Shown here one piece after another: positions 19,230-29,944 of a DNA stretch of 64,000 nt (within the stretch, counting starts at the first letter, position 1; every line of letters starts with the position of its first letter). Source of the stretch: Promethearchaeota archaeon (GTDB taxonomy: Archaea; Asgardarchaeota; Lokiarchaeia; Sigyniarchaeales; SOKP01); the NCBI GenBank assembly GCA_016839765.1, contig JAEOTP010000043.1, forward strand, positions 96,001-160,000, written 5' to 3'. Below the pieces are notes generated by a model. It worked only from the letters and a program-made list of their open reading frames with translations, was not told the origin of the DNA and did no database searches. Position numbers and translations under genes: made by a program.

Positions 19230-22220
19230 TTATCCTTTTTTATTAAAAAATAGTTTTTTAAAGAAGTGCTTTACTACTGTGTCTGTATTTGCAAATTTCT
19301 TTTCAATAAATCCTTGACCATAATCGTATTTTCCGCCCCCTTTACCTTTTAAAAAGCTAGTCTCCTCTTTTATAAAATTTCCCATATGAAAATCTGAATT
19401 TTTTGCAGCTATCGTATCAATCATCCCTGTAATAGCTGTTCCTTTATCATTTTCATTAAAGAAGAGAGTAATTACATTATCTGAATATTTTAAAATATTA
19501 GAGCTAATATTTTGAACTTCTTTTTGATCTAAATTATTGAAGGTAGCAGTTACTAACTTTGAGTTTCCAAAAGATTTAGCATTCTTAATTAGGCTTTCTA
19601 TGTAATCCGTACTTAAATATTTTTTAACTCGATTTAATTTTATCTTTGTTTCATTCCATTCAGAGTAGAATTTCTTAATTTTTGAAGATACTTTTTCTTT
19701 CCTAACATTGAGAAGTCGTGATAATTCTGTTAGTATATCTCCTTCAAAATCTTCTTTTGAAGTTAATTCTAAATCTTCTTTATTATATTTGCCAGATTGG
19801 AGAGCTTTATTTAACTTTTTCCATTTATCTATTAATTCATTTACCCGTCCTACGATACTTGTTTGAGGAACTCTTAATATAGTTTCTAATTCCTTAATAG
19901 CGCTAGCTTCAAGTTTCTTGAGTTCTTCAGTCGCTTTTCCTGCGGTAAAGGTTAATCTTACAATTCCATCTTGAATTTTTTGTGATTTGGTAATTTTTAT
20001 TTTTCCAGTTTCAGAGGTGTTATTTAAATGGGTACCTCCACATGCCTCTACATCAATTCCTGGGACTTCTACTATCCTTAAATACTTCCCAGGAACAGCA
20101 CCACCTTGATAGATTGACATACCATACTCCCGTTCAGCTTCTGATCGTGGTATAAATGATAACTTTAAATCAATTTTTTTATCAACTATTTCATTAGCTT
20201 TATTTTCTATTTCTGTAAGTTTATCATCAGGAATCTGATTATAATGAGTAATATCTAAGTGAGAATTTTTGAGTGTTTTTTTTGCTCCAGCTTGATTCAC
20301 ATGTTCTCCTAGGATTATTCTTGCTGCTGCATTGACAATATGAGTCGCTGTATGATGTTGAGAGAGTTGAGTTCTCCATCCTTTTTCTACTTCTATTTTA
20401 ACGATATCTGCTTCCTTGAATGTTGGTTCTTTTTCCATTACATGGACAATATAATTTCCTTGTTTAAAGACTCCTTTAAATGATTCTCCATTTATTGTTC
20501 CAATATCATGTAGTTGGCCTCCTGAAGTTGGATAGGCTACAGATTGATCCAATATCACATATTTATCAATAATTTTAAGTACCTTAGCTTCATTGGAAAT
20601 TTCATTATAATCATAATAGTAAAGAGATTTAGTTTCGGGAATTCCAGACAAATCTAATTCAATTTCCTTTTCAGTAGCATGGATTTGTTCCTGTTTTTCA
20701 TGCCTTTCAACAACTAGGCTATAGAAATCATCGGGTATTTTTATTGAAATTCCATAGTTCTTTGCTGACTCTTTGACCAACTCTGGACTAATACCCTTGG
20801 AGTCATATAATTCTATTAATTTTTCTGTTGATAATATTCCTTTCTTCAGTTCTTTATCTAAAATTCGTTTTGCTTCTTTCTTGTTCAAATAATACTTTTC
20901 TTTTTCGAAATCCAAGATTTCTTTAATTTCATCTAAATGTAAGGAAAGCTCTGGAAATAATTCCTTTAATTCTAACGCATGCCAAGTACAGACATCTGCC
21001 ACATCTATATTCCATTGGAACTGATCAATAAAACTTATAGCACGTCTGAAAATAACTCTTAAATTATACCCGCCTCCTACATTTGAAGGGAGTTTTCCAT
21101 CATTAATAGCAAAAAGTAAACTTCTCGCATGCTCAGCAATAGAATAAATCGCTGTCATTGGCAAAATATTGTTTTTTAAATCATTTACCTTAAACCCCAG
21201 TTCATTGGCGACTTTTTGCCATGCAGCATCCATATCCTCAACTTCATCAATATTTAAATAAGCAGAATACTTTGAAAATTCATTATATAAATCTAAGTCT
21301 AACTTAATTTTAGTAATTTCTCTTAATTTATGAATTACTTGAGGAAATGTTGCCTCATACATATTTGGAGTCCCTTGAGAAAACCAAGAAACTCTTTCTT
21401 GACCCATTCCCATATCAAGGACTTTTAGTTTTAGTTCTCGTGGGCCTTCAGGAGTTTGTTCATACATTGTGTATACTTGATTAAATAGTTCTACTCCCCG
21501 ACTAAAGAATTCTAGAGAACACCCAAATGAACCACCACCAGCCCATGAATCTTCATGAATAGTTATCTCTTCTTTAGCTAATCCTACACCTTCATAGATA
21601 AAATAATGTATATCCATAAAGAGTTCTCCTTGATTCCATTCTTCTGGTGGAACAAAGGTATGCTGACCAATCATCACGAATCCTGTACAATGACTCCCAG
21701 TAACTCCCACATTTTCTATATCATTGAACCTTAAACAGAATTGGGGTATTATCAACTTTTTAGCTGGGGGTTCAACTTCACCAGTAATTACATATGGTTG
21801 AAAAGCAGAAATTGAAGCTATTGTGAATTCAGAAGTAGGATTCCACCTTGCTACACATGGATATCTATTAATGGGCTTATAACCTCTGGGTTCCAAGATT
21901 TCCACAATTTTTTTCCATACTCCTATAAATGAAAGTTTGACTTGTGAAGGATTATCAACAACTACTTGAAAGCCACCAGAACATGTAGGATCACCGCATA
22001 CTTTTCTTTCTTTAAGTACGGTCCAGAAAAAAGTACCACAACAATCACATTGCTTTCTTATATATCCTAATGCTTGAAGTTCCTCCGTGGGAAAAAAATC
22101 ATCAGGTTTTTTAGAAGCAATTTCTTTAAAGATAGATTTTAATTGCTTGTCAGTTTGAGCTTTCTTAAGTTCTTTCTGGTCCTTATCTGATAGCATCGCA
22201 TTCAATAATGGTTTTTTCAA
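19230..22220 (-). CDS. alaS: Alanine--tRNA ligase, archaeal type
   Basis: YPCVARW, QFCLRFND, DMGMGQER, editing HTATH..CGGTH, C-terminal GKGGG. Confidence 0.97.
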   Translation of the reverse strand: MKKPLLNAMLSDKDQKELKKAQTDKQLKSIFKEIASKKPDDFFPTEELQALGYIRKQCDCCGTFFWTVLKERKVCGDPTCSGGFQVVVDNPSQVKLSFIGVWKKIVEILEPRGYKPINRYPCVARWNPTSEFTIASISAFQPYVITGEVEPPAKKLIIPQFCLRFNDIENVGVTGSHCTGFVMIGQHTFVPPEEWNQGELFMDIHYFIYEGVGLAKEEITIHEDSWAGGGSFGCSLEFFSRGVELFNQVYTMYEQTPEGPRELKLKVLDMGMGQERVSWFSQGTPNMYEATFPQVIHKLREITKIKLDLDLYNEFSKYSAYLNIDEVEDMDAAWQKVANELGFKVNDLKNNILPMTAIYSIAEHARSLLFAINDGKLPSNVGGGYNLRVIFRRAISFIDQFQWNIDVADVCTWHALELKELFPELSLHLDEIKEILDFEKEKYYLNKKEAKRILDKELKKGILSTEKLIELYDSKGISPELVKESAKNYGISIKIPDDFYSLVVERHEKQEQIHATEKEIELDLSGIPETKSLYYYDYNEISNEAKVLKIIDKYVILDQSVAYPTSGGQLHDIGTINGESFKGVFKQGNYIVHVMEKEPTFKEADIVKIEVEKGWRTQLSQHHTATHIVNAAARIILGEHVNQAGAKKTLKNSHLDITHYNQIPDDKLTEIENKANEIVDKKIDLKLSFIPRSEAEREYGMSIYQGGAVPGKYLRIVEVPGIDVEACGGTHLNNTSETGKIKITKSQKIQDGIVRLTFTAGKATEELKKLEASAIKELETILRVPQTSIVGRVNELIDKWKKLNKALQSGKYNKEDLELTSKEDFEGDILTELSRLLNVRKEKVSSKIKKFYSEWNETKIKLNRVKKYLSTDYIESLIKNAKSFGNSKLVTATFNNLDQKEVQNISSNILKYSDNVITLFFNENDKGTAITGMIDTIAAKNSDFHMGNFIKEETSFLKGKGGGKYDYGQGFIEKKFANTDTVVKHFFKKLFFNKKG

Positions 22221-22395
22221 TTTTAATTCATGTATTAAATGAATAAATATGCATTCTCCAAAAACTTTTTGTTTAATTGAATTAAATCCTTAATTTTTAT
22301 ACTTGACATTAAAGTAAAAATTTTTATTTACATAAGAATTGAATTTATTTGCAAAAAAAATTTAGTCTTGAATTAAAAATTGAGGTAGAAATCAA

Positions 22396-22698
22396 ATGGC
22401 TCATATTTTAGTTACGGCATTTAATCCCCCAAACAAGTCAAAGGAATTATTAAAAGTTTATATGTCAAAAGATAAACCTGCATACCCCGATTTCGTAAAA
22501 AAAATACATCATTGGACATCAATGTCTTCAGATGGTCGACATAAAGTCTATGCAGTATATGAATGTCCAGATGATAAAATAATGGAGACTATGAAAGCTA
22601 TATCTAGAAGATATATTATATATGCTTCAGTAGAAGGTTACAGATATTATGGCGAAATATTATTTGATGCTGAGGAAGCTATGAAACTTTTATTTTAA
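22396..22698 (+). CDS. Hypothetical protein
   Basis: GAGGT SD and a 100 aa ORF; no family recognised. Confidence 0.7.
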   Translation: MAHILVTAFNPPNKSKELLKVYMSKDKPAYPDFVKKIHHWTSMSSDGRHKVYAVYECPDDKIMETMKAISRRYIIYASVEGYRYYGEILFDAEEAMKLLF

Positions 22699-22723
22699 TA
22701 ATAAATTATAAATCACTTTTTTT

Positions 22724-23188
22724 TTATAATTCTAAAACTTGAAGTCTTGAATATCCATCTTTTATAAAATCATAATCAAGAAGTTCAAGTTTTTCAGGTA
22801 TTATTTTTAGGATTAATTTTCTCTTTCCTCGGACAATCTTTTGCGCTTTTTTGAATCCATCATCTCCTTCTTTTAAAAAAATTAATTTTTCTCTTCCAGA
22901 TGCTGTAATTTGCATTCCTTGTATTTTTCCTTCTGACATTGGCGTATAGATGCCAATACTAACAATTAGATTTTCTTTAATATTTTCAACTTTCTTTCCA
23001 GGAGCAGGCCCTACATATATATGAAAATTATCAGTATTTTTTTCGATATAAAAGTCCATTGGAGTTGCTCTTGGTACATTCTTTGAGCAAGTACACAATA
23101 CAAGAACCTTTCTTTTCTCTAAAAACATTCGAATCTCCTTTCTCAATTCATTTTCTGGCATTCTATTGCTCATAATAAATTCAACCAT
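22724..23188 (-). CDS. Pyridoxamine 5'-phosphate oxidase-like (split barrel) protein
   Basis: LVLCT..PRATPM..KKVENIKENLIVSI..GMQITA. Confidence 0.75.
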   Translation of the reverse strand: MVEFIMSNRMPENELRKEIRMFLEKRKVLVLCTCSKNVPRATPMDFYIEKNTDNFHIYVGPAPGKKVENIKENLIVSIGIYTPMSEGKIQGMQITASGREKLIFLKEGDDGFKKAQKIVRGKRKLILKIIPEKLELLDYDFIKDGYSRLQVLEL

Positions 23189-23274
23189 TTAATTTAATGC
23201 AATTAAATTATTAATTTATAATACAAGAAAATTGAGAAATTTTTAAAAGTTTTTTAATGCTAATTGAAAAAAAG

Positions 23275-24414
23275 TTATAGGGTAGTAAAATCAGGCTGAG
23301 GAAAATCTGTTCCATTCATAGAAGCTTGGACATAGGGAGATATAGGCCCTCGTCCTAAAGCCATTATTCTAACTTTTGATTTTAAGGAGGGATCCAAAGC
23401 GGTTCCAAATTTGAGTGAAGCTTCCTCAGGAATTTCATCTGTAATAGTGGCAATTATCTTATCAATTTTAGATAAGGATAATTTATGATCACCTGATACA
23501 GAGACTATACATTTATCAACCTGCATAGGATCAGGCTCTAATAGAGGATTATGTAGCGCTAATTTCGCCTTTTTTATCAAATCTGATTCCTCTCCATAAG
23601 ATTCTGTTATTCCAATCAAACCACCGGGAAGCTCACCCTTTTTTTCAAAAATTTTCTTTACATCAGCATAATCAATATTTATCAATCCACAGTTATTAAT
23701 TAGGTTGAGAATTTCGCGAATACACCTGATTAACACTTCATCCATTATTTTAAAACCAGTTAAGATTGGTATTTTTTTATTGAATCTTAAAAGATTATCA
23801 TTAGGTATTGGGATTAAACAATCAGTGTTTTCAATAATTTCCTTTAATCCAGTTTTTGCTCTATTCCTTCTCTCTTTACCTTCAGATGTAAAAGGAATTG
23901 AACAGAATGTAACCACTGTCGCTTTGTTCTTTTTAGCTTCTCTTGCAATGATAGGAGCTGCTCCAGTTCCGGTGCCTCCACCTAAACCAAAAGCTAAAAA
24001 GACCACATCTGCTTTTAATACTTCAGAAATTCTTTCTATATCTTCCTCGGCTGCTGCAGCTCCAATACTAGGGTCATTTCCAGACCCTAAGCCATTACAT
24101 ATTTCTTTACCTATTAGAAGTTTCTTATTCGCATTGGAATAATATAAGTCGTGAGCATCAGTATTAATATTTAAGGTCTCAACGAATTTGCTTCCAATAT
24201 CTTGCATTCTCGATACAGTATTATTCCCAGCACCACCAATCCCTATTACCAAACTTTTGATTTTTAATATTTTAAGTAAGTCTGATAAATATTTATCGTC
24301 ATCTAAATTGGAGGTTTGATTTAGTTTATTTTGACGAGCTATTTCTGTAAATCTTGATCTAACTGATATTCTTGATTTCGCAATTTCAGTTAAATCAAAT
24401 TCCTTATCACTCAT
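23275..24414 (-). CDS. ftsZ: Cell division protein FtsZ
   Basis: GIGGAGNN, INTD, GLGGGTGTGAAP, T7 loop GLINIDYADVK. Confidence 0.95.
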   Translation of the reverse strand: MSDKEFDLTEIAKSRISVRSRFTEIARQNKLNQTSNLDDDKYLSDLLKILKIKSLVIGIGGAGNNTVSRMQDIGSKFVETLNINTDAHDLYYSNANKKLLIGKEICNGLGSGNDPSIGAAAAEEDIERISEVLKADVVFLAFGLGGGTGTGAAPIIAREAKKNKATVVTFCSIPFTSEGKERRNRAKTGLKEIIENTDCLIPIPNDNLLRFNKKIPILTGFKIMDEVLIRCIREILNLINNCGLINIDYADVKKIFEKKGELPGGLIGITESYGEESDLIKKAKLALHNPLLEPDPMQVDKCIVSVSGDHKLSLSKIDKIIATITDEIPEEASLKFGTALDPSLKSKVRIMALGRGPISPYVQASMNGTDFPQPDFTTL

Positions 24415-24604
24415 TTAACTAGCCAAGTCTAATTTATTAATATATAATATCAGTATTATATCAGAATAATATAAGAAAGTATTATTCTTGTATTATAGAA
24501 ATAATACATCAACTCTTATACACCAGGGAAATTGATTTAAATAGAATTTAAGCATGGTTACATTTTTAAACCTCTAAAGTAAATAATAATAACTTCAAAG
24601 TTTA

Positions 24605-24631
24605 GGACAAATAAAGATACGGACAAATAAA
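24605..24631 (+). repeat. Direct repeat GGACAAATAAA x2 in the ftsZ upstream intergenic region
   Basis: Copies at 24605-24615 and 24621-24631; a further GGACAA at 24734. Confidence 0.55.
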
Positions 24632-24806
24632 AGAGGATATAATAAATTTACAACTTTAAATTGATATCTTTTAAAGATAATATAATTCTTAGAAGATTTG
24701 TTAAAATATTTCAATTTGTTCATGAGAATAATAGGACAAGTTATATAAGAATTAAATTTATAAGATTAAATTTTCATGTGTAAGATAATAAGGGGTTTTA
24801 ATTAAA

Positions 24807-25049
24807 ATGGAAATTGATTACAATAAAGACAGCAGTAGACCATCCGTAGATAGCTCAGAAACTAAAGGATCACTTATAAAAGTTAGAGCTATTATAAGTT
24901 GTCCGACTTGTGGGTATATTAAGAAATTCAGAAATCAATTTCCTAGAGAACAATTAGAGTTAATGACTGTTGCTGTAAAAGTTTTTGATTGGATGGTTTG
25001 CTCTAAATGTGGAGAAATACTTAACTTAAATTTAGAGTTTAATATATAG
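24807..25049 (+). CDS. Small zinc-ribbon protein
   Basis: CPTCG and CSKCG. Confidence 0.75.
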   Translation: MEIDYNKDSSRPSVDSSETKGSLIKVRAIISCPTCGYIKKFRNQFPREQLELMTVAVKVFDWMVCSKCGEILNLNLEFNI

Positions 25050-25086
25050 TATTAACTCATTTTAGTTTTTCTCAAATATTAGATTC

Positions 25087-26397
25087 TTAAAGATCAAATT
25101 TAATTTCTCCGTAGGATCCTCCTCCGCCGGGTGTATATTGGATTTCATTATTCCTAAAAGCATTTATAACAGAAGCAATATTTTTATCAAATTTTTCGAT
25201 GCCTGTTATCGGTATATCAATTAAAATCGAAAATTCAGTGCCAAATTTTTCAATTAAACTATTATATTCATTTAATACAGTTTTACTATTAGCACTTTTA
25301 ATCCCTCTTACAGATCGAATTATGTCGATTAGAGGAATAGCGTTAATATACGGAGGGCGATGTTCTGGATGTTTTGGTTTCTCATAGGAAGAAATCGTTT
25401 CAATTCTCTCACTCACACCTAATCTAATTTTAAAATTTTTACCAACTGCTTCCTTACAGCCGGGACAAATCATTTTTTCTTTTGCTACTTGTTTAATGTA
25501 ATCTATTCTCGATTTTAAAGGATCATTTGAGAAGAATAGAATAAAATTATCAGTTATGGTATATTGAGAAAAAATCTCTGAAATACCGCTTTTACTTTTT
25601 TTAAATAAAATCCTTCTCCTACATTTATTACAAAACATATTATAATATTTTCCAAGTTTAGGATGTAATCCTACATTGAGTGTTACTTTCCTCCCTTCTT
25701 TTCTTCTCAAGGCAAGTTCAATCTCATCGAAGGAGGGATTATCGATATCTAATTGATTGAATTCTCGGCCTAAAGAACGTGGATCTTGAGAATGAGCATC
25801 ACTATTACTTAGAAATGTGACATTTTTTAAAGATTCTAAACGATCAGCCAATTCTGTATTAGCAGATAATCCTAATTCCAGAAAAGTTACTTTTTTTACA
25901 GTATCTTGGTAGCAACTTTCTAATGTATTATATTTATTTTGGCGAAATATTGCTTTAAATGGAGTAAATGCATGGGCAGGTCCAATCAAACCACCAGAGT
26001 CGGTTATTAAATCTACTAACTCTGCACCAAATAGATTCACCCTTGGACGCCCTCCCCATTCATCAAGAATATTTTTAGAGTAAGGCTTCAGTTTATTTTG
26101 TATTTGTTTAACAGAATCAAAATTAGGAAAAAGCACCACATGATGGACACTATCTTTATCTTCAATTTCAGTTTGTAAAATAAACGAGATATCCTTATAA
26201 TAATATGCTCTATCACTGTTACGCCTTAAGTTTTCTTCTAAATATTTAAGCCAGTCTGGTTGTAGAGCATCACCAGTACCCAAAATATGAAGCCCTTTCT
26301 TTTTACAGGTTTCTCTCATTGTATCTAAATTTAATGATTTAGATACTGCAATAGAATGTGGTGAATGAATATGAAGATCACAATTAAACAAATCCAT
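25087..26397 (-). CDS. Endonuclease Q / PHP-domain family protein
   Basis: DLHIHS, GTGD, PAHAFTP, ELGLS, SNSDAHS, LGKY, GVSERI, GGGGSYG. Confidence 0.9.
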   Translation of the reverse strand: MDLFNCDLHIHSPHSIAVSKSLNLDTMRETCKKKGLHILGTGDALQPDWLKYLEENLRRNSDRAYYYKDISFILQTEIEDKDSVHHVVLFPNFDSVKQIQNKLKPYSKNILDEWGGRPRVNLFGAELVDLITDSGGLIGPAHAFTPFKAIFRQNKYNTLESCYQDTVKKVTFLELGLSANTELADRLESLKNVTFLSNSDAHSQDPRSLGREFNQLDIDNPSFDEIELALRRKEGRKVTLNVGLHPKLGKYYNMFCNKCRRRILFKKSKSGISEIFSQYTITDNFILFFSNDPLKSRIDYIKQVAKEKMICPGCKEAVGKNFKIRLGVSERIETISSYEKPKHPEHRPPYINAIPLIDIIRSVRGIKSANSKTVLNEYNSLIEKFGTEFSILIDIPITGIEKFDKNIASVINAFRNNEIQYTPGGGGSYGEIKFDL

Positions 26398-26450
26398 TGT
26401 AATTCAATTATTTTAATAAAATAAAAAAGTTAAGAAGACTAATGATTTGT

Positions 26451-27506
26451 TCATTTAAAACTCATTTCTCTGCATTTATTAGCTTTTTCATACAGATGTA
26501 ATTTTTCATAACAAAAAGCTAAAGTTTCACAGAAATCTAAATTTTTAGGTTTCAATTTAAGAAGTTTTTCAAAATGTTGAATTGCTTTTCTATAATCTCT
26601 TTTAATATCGCAATAAATTTCTCCTAACTTCATTCTTGTAGAAGTATTATTAGGATTTTTTAGTAAAGCTTTCTTATAATAATAAACTGCTTTATCGTAA
26701 TCCTGTAATGCATAATAACTAAATCCCAAATTATCATATAATATTGGATCATCTGGTAAAATTTCTAAAGCTTCTTGAAAGCATGTTATGGCTTCTTTAT
26801 ATTTTTCTTTTACGTTATAAGATAGCCCTAAATCATTTAAAGCCTCAACACAAAACGGATCAATCTCTATTGCTCTTTTGTAATAATTTATCGCTAAATC
26901 ATAATTTTCTAATTCAAAAAGAATATCTGCTAATTCACACCATAAATCAGCATTATCAGAATCTAATTCTAATGCTTTTTTATAATAAAGAAGAGCCTTA
27001 TCATAATCTTGTTGATCGTAAGAAAGTATAGCAAGATTATTGTAAAGTAAAGAATCATCTGGATTAATTTTTAAGGCTCTTTCATAGCAATCAGTCGCCA
27101 TATGATACTGCTTCTCTCCTCTATATAATAAAGCCATATTATTTAAAACATCGGTATTACTAGGGTCATATTCTAAAGCTTTCGTGTAATATTCTAATGC
27201 GTTAGGATAATCTTCTTTATCTTCATAAGCAAAACCAATATTGTAGTATACAGTAGCATCTTCAGGTTCCAACTCAAGAGCCTTCTCATAATACTCAATC
27301 GCTTTATCTGATTCTCCTTTCATTGAAAGAGCTAATCCAATATTATTCCAAACTTCAGAAAAATAAGGATATATCTCAACAGCTCTTTGATAACACCTAA
27401 TTGCATTATCAAAATCATTTTCATTATAATAGGCATCCCCTAAATTAATCCACGCATCAGGATCGTCTGAATCTAGCTCAGTTGCCTTAATATAACGTTC
27501 AATCAT
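26451..27506 (-). CDS. TPR repeat protein
   Basis: About ten 34-aa TPR units (W/YxNLG..A..YY.KAL.L.P). Confidence 0.92.
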   Translation of the reverse strand: MIERYIKATELDSDDPDAWINLGDAYYNENDFDNAIRCYQRAVEIYPYFSEVWNNIGLALSMKGESDKAIEYYEKALELEPEDATVYYNIGFAYEDKEDYPNALEYYTKALEYDPSNTDVLNNMALLYRGEKQYHMATDCYERALKINPDDSLLYNNLAILSYDQQDYDKALLYYKKALELDSDNADLWCELADILFELENYDLAINYYKRAIEIDPFCVEALNDLGLSYNVKEKYKEAITCFQEALEILPDDPILYDNLGFSYYALQDYDKAVYYYKKALLKNPNNTSTRMKLGEIYCDIKRDYRKAIQHFEKLLKLKPKNLDFCETLAFCYEKLHLYEKANKCREMSFK

Positions 27507-27575
27507 AGTTTTTGTTTCTTAATTCTATAATTTATAATGAGGGATGCCTATTATTTTTTTAGATTTTACTTAATT

Positions 27576-28616
27576 TTATTCTAAAATCATCATTTTATCT
27601 TGTTTTTGATCTGTTAATAATATTCTAAAATATTCCTTATTATTCCTAAAAATGACTTTTTCCAACTTTCCCTCAACAAGAACAGTTTCTCCTTTAATTG
27701 CATGTTCACAGAATCTTCCTCTGAAGGAATTTATCGTAATAATATCATCCAATTTAATATTTTTTGAAATGCATATATTATTGTAGGCTTTTATGCATTC
27801 TATTTTATAGGAACAAGGTGTAAAGATAGCATTGGAGTCATCAGTGATTTTTGCTTTTAATTTTATTCTTCCCATATTTTTATATGAATAATCATAGTAA
27901 GTTCCTTTCCAATCTTTAGGACTTTTTATATATCTTATAAAAAATTCAAATCTCTTATACATGCCCTGATGGAGTTTCCTTCTCTCACTTTTTAAAAAAT
28001 TTTCAAATGGTATTCCTGAACCTCCTACTCTCCATCCATAATGAGTGCGGTATTCTTCTTTGGAATATTTTCTACAATATTTATCTTTTTCCAGGATAAT
28101 AGCAAGCTTATTTTGGAAATCTCGGCTTATGTCTGTTCCATAAACAATCAAATCAATATCAGATTGATTTTTGCTTAATCCAACCATTTGTGAACCTGTT
28201 ATACCGATTGAACCATATGGGAGTAATGAATTCTCGATAAGTAATTCACAAAGCTCTTTAGAACATTTTTCAAGATGGTTAGGATTAAATTTCTGAGATA
28301 ATTCTTTATAGTATTCTCGTGGGGTATAAATTTCTTTAATATCCTCATTTTTAACACATTGTAGCTCTAAATCGAATTGTTTAGAGAAGAATAAATAATT
28401 TGGATGATTATTTCTTAGGAAGGAGAATCTTTCTTGTAAATCGTAGATCTTTTTAAATTTCTTTCCATTTTTGATTCGATCTCCATCTAGATGAGGATAA
28501 AAACGTATAAAACAAATTTTTCGATCAGAAGGGTGATGGACCCCTTTCACATCGAAAAAAAAGTTATCATTTTTAGTTTCTATATAATCTCCTTCAATTC
28601 CTTTAGGAATTTTCAT
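27576..28616 (-). CDS. Archaeal predicted nucleotidyltransferase with a C-terminal OB-like domain
   Basis: GITGSQMVGL..SDIDLIVYG; EGDYIET..HP..FIRFYP; GKLEKV. Confidence 0.8.
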   Translation of the reverse strand: MKIPKGIEGDYIETKNDNFFFDVKGVHHPSDRKICFIRFYPHLDGDRIKNGKKFKKIYDLQERFSFLRNNHPNYLFFSKQFDLELQCVKNEDIKEIYTPREYYKELSQKFNPNHLEKCSKELCELLIENSLLPYGSIGITGSQMVGLSKNQSDIDLIVYGTDISRDFQNKLAIILEKDKYCRKYSKEEYRTHYGWRVGGSGIPFENFLKSERRKLHQGMYKRFEFFIRYIKSPKDWKGTYYDYSYKNMGRIKLKAKITDDSNAIFTPCSYKIECIKAYNNICISKNIKLDDIITINSFRGRFCEHAIKGETVLVEGKLEKVIFRNNKEYFRILLTDQKQDKMMILE

Positions 28617-28636
28617 AAATCTCCCATTAGTAATAA

Positions 28637-29740
28637 TTAATATTTTGAAGGAGTTTTAGATTTGATTTTATATTTTGGTATCTCTTGAACTTTTTTCAAT
28701 TCTTTCTCAAAATCTCTTTTTTCTCTAAGGAACCTCTCTTTATCTCTTTCTAATTTTTCTCTTTCTCTTCTAATAGCATTTTTTTCAGTGTCTATCATCG
28801 ACTTTTCTTTTACTAAATGCTTATAATCATTATTTAATCTTTTTTGTTTATCTTCCAAATCACGAATCTTGCGTTCTAATGAATAATAAGTATCTTCCGC
28901 TTTAGGAACTTTCCTATTTAGCTCTTTTAATCTTGTTTCTTGTTGTTGTTTCTTTTTTTCCAAATTTCTTACATCATTTTCAATTTTATCTCTAAAGTTT
29001 TCCAAATCTTCTTTTTTTTTATCAATTTCACGAGCTTTAAGATTTAGATCTTTTTTTTTAATACGATTTTTTTCTTTTTCATCTTTTAATTTTCTTTTTT
29101 CATCATCAATCCGGTTTTTTTCATCAAAAATGTTTTTTCTTAGATCATTGATTTCTTTATTTAAATTATCCCTTTCTTTTGAAAGATGTTTGATTTCATT
29201 TCTCAACTCCATTAATTCATTTTCTAATTTTTCAATTGTTCTCTCTAATGCATTTTCTCTTCTTTCCATTCCAGGTATTTTGGTTTTAATCTCTTTAACA
29301 CGAACTTCTGCTCTTGCTTTTTCTCTTTCTAAATATTTTTTCTCACTTTCTAAAGCGTCTTTTAGTCTATCTAACTTTTCTTGATATTTATCTAGGTCGG
29401 CATTTTTTTGATCTAACTCTCTTTCTTTTAAACTTAGATTATTTCTATGTTGCTTTATTCCATTTTTCATTCTTTCTAATTCACTTTTTAACTTTTCACG
29501 TTGGTTTAGAAGATTTTTGACTTCAAGTTCTTTCTCTTTTCTCTTTTTTTCAAGTTCTTTTATATTATCTTGATACCCTTCAAGTTTTTTAATAACCTTT
29601 TCCCAATCGCTTTTTTCTCTGTTTAACTTTATCCTTTCTTCCTTTATCTTTTTAAGTAGTCTTGTATCTTGAATAATTTCGATTTCTTCTTCTGGCGTTT
29701 TCTCTCGAATTTGATACTTAGGAATTGGTTTATCATTCAT
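28637..29740 (-). CDS. Long coiled-coil protein with an internal duplication and matching terminal motifs
   Basis: K/E/R-rich heptads; IPKYQIREKTP at the N-terminus and IPKYKIKSKTP at the C-terminus. Confidence 0.8.
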   Translation of the reverse strand: MNDKPIPKYQIREKTPEEEIEIIQDTRLLKKIKEERIKLNREKSDWEKVIKKLEGYQDNIKELEKKRKEKELEVKNLLNQREKLKSELERMKNGIKQHRNNLSLKERELDQKNADLDKYQEKLDRLKDALESEKKYLEREKARAEVRVKEIKTKIPGMERRENALERTIEKLENELMELRNEIKHLSKERDNLNKEINDLRKNIFDEKNRIDDEKRKLKDEKEKNRIKKKDLNLKAREIDKKKEDLENFRDKIENDVRNLEKKKQQQETRLKELNRKVPKAEDTYYSLERKIRDLEDKQKRLNNDYKHLVKEKSMIDTEKNAIRREREKLERDKERFLREKRDFEKELKKVQEIPKYKIKSKTPSKY

Positions 29741-29944
29741 GATATTTCTTTAATTCATTTAATTTCTTAATTAAATTATATTAATATTAACTCTAAAGTG
29801 TTTGCAATTTGAAATTAGGCTCTTTTTGTATTTCTTGTAGATTCTATTTATATATTATAACTTCCATTATTTTTATTAAGAAATTACAAAAAATAATTAA
29901 AAAACTCAATAAAATTAATAATTCGAATAATTAGGTGTTTTTTT

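Noticed and set aside
28637-29740. Coiled-coil protein as SMC/Rad50 or ESCRT-III
   Set aside because: No Walker motifs, hinge or zinc hook, and no recognisable Snf7 pattern
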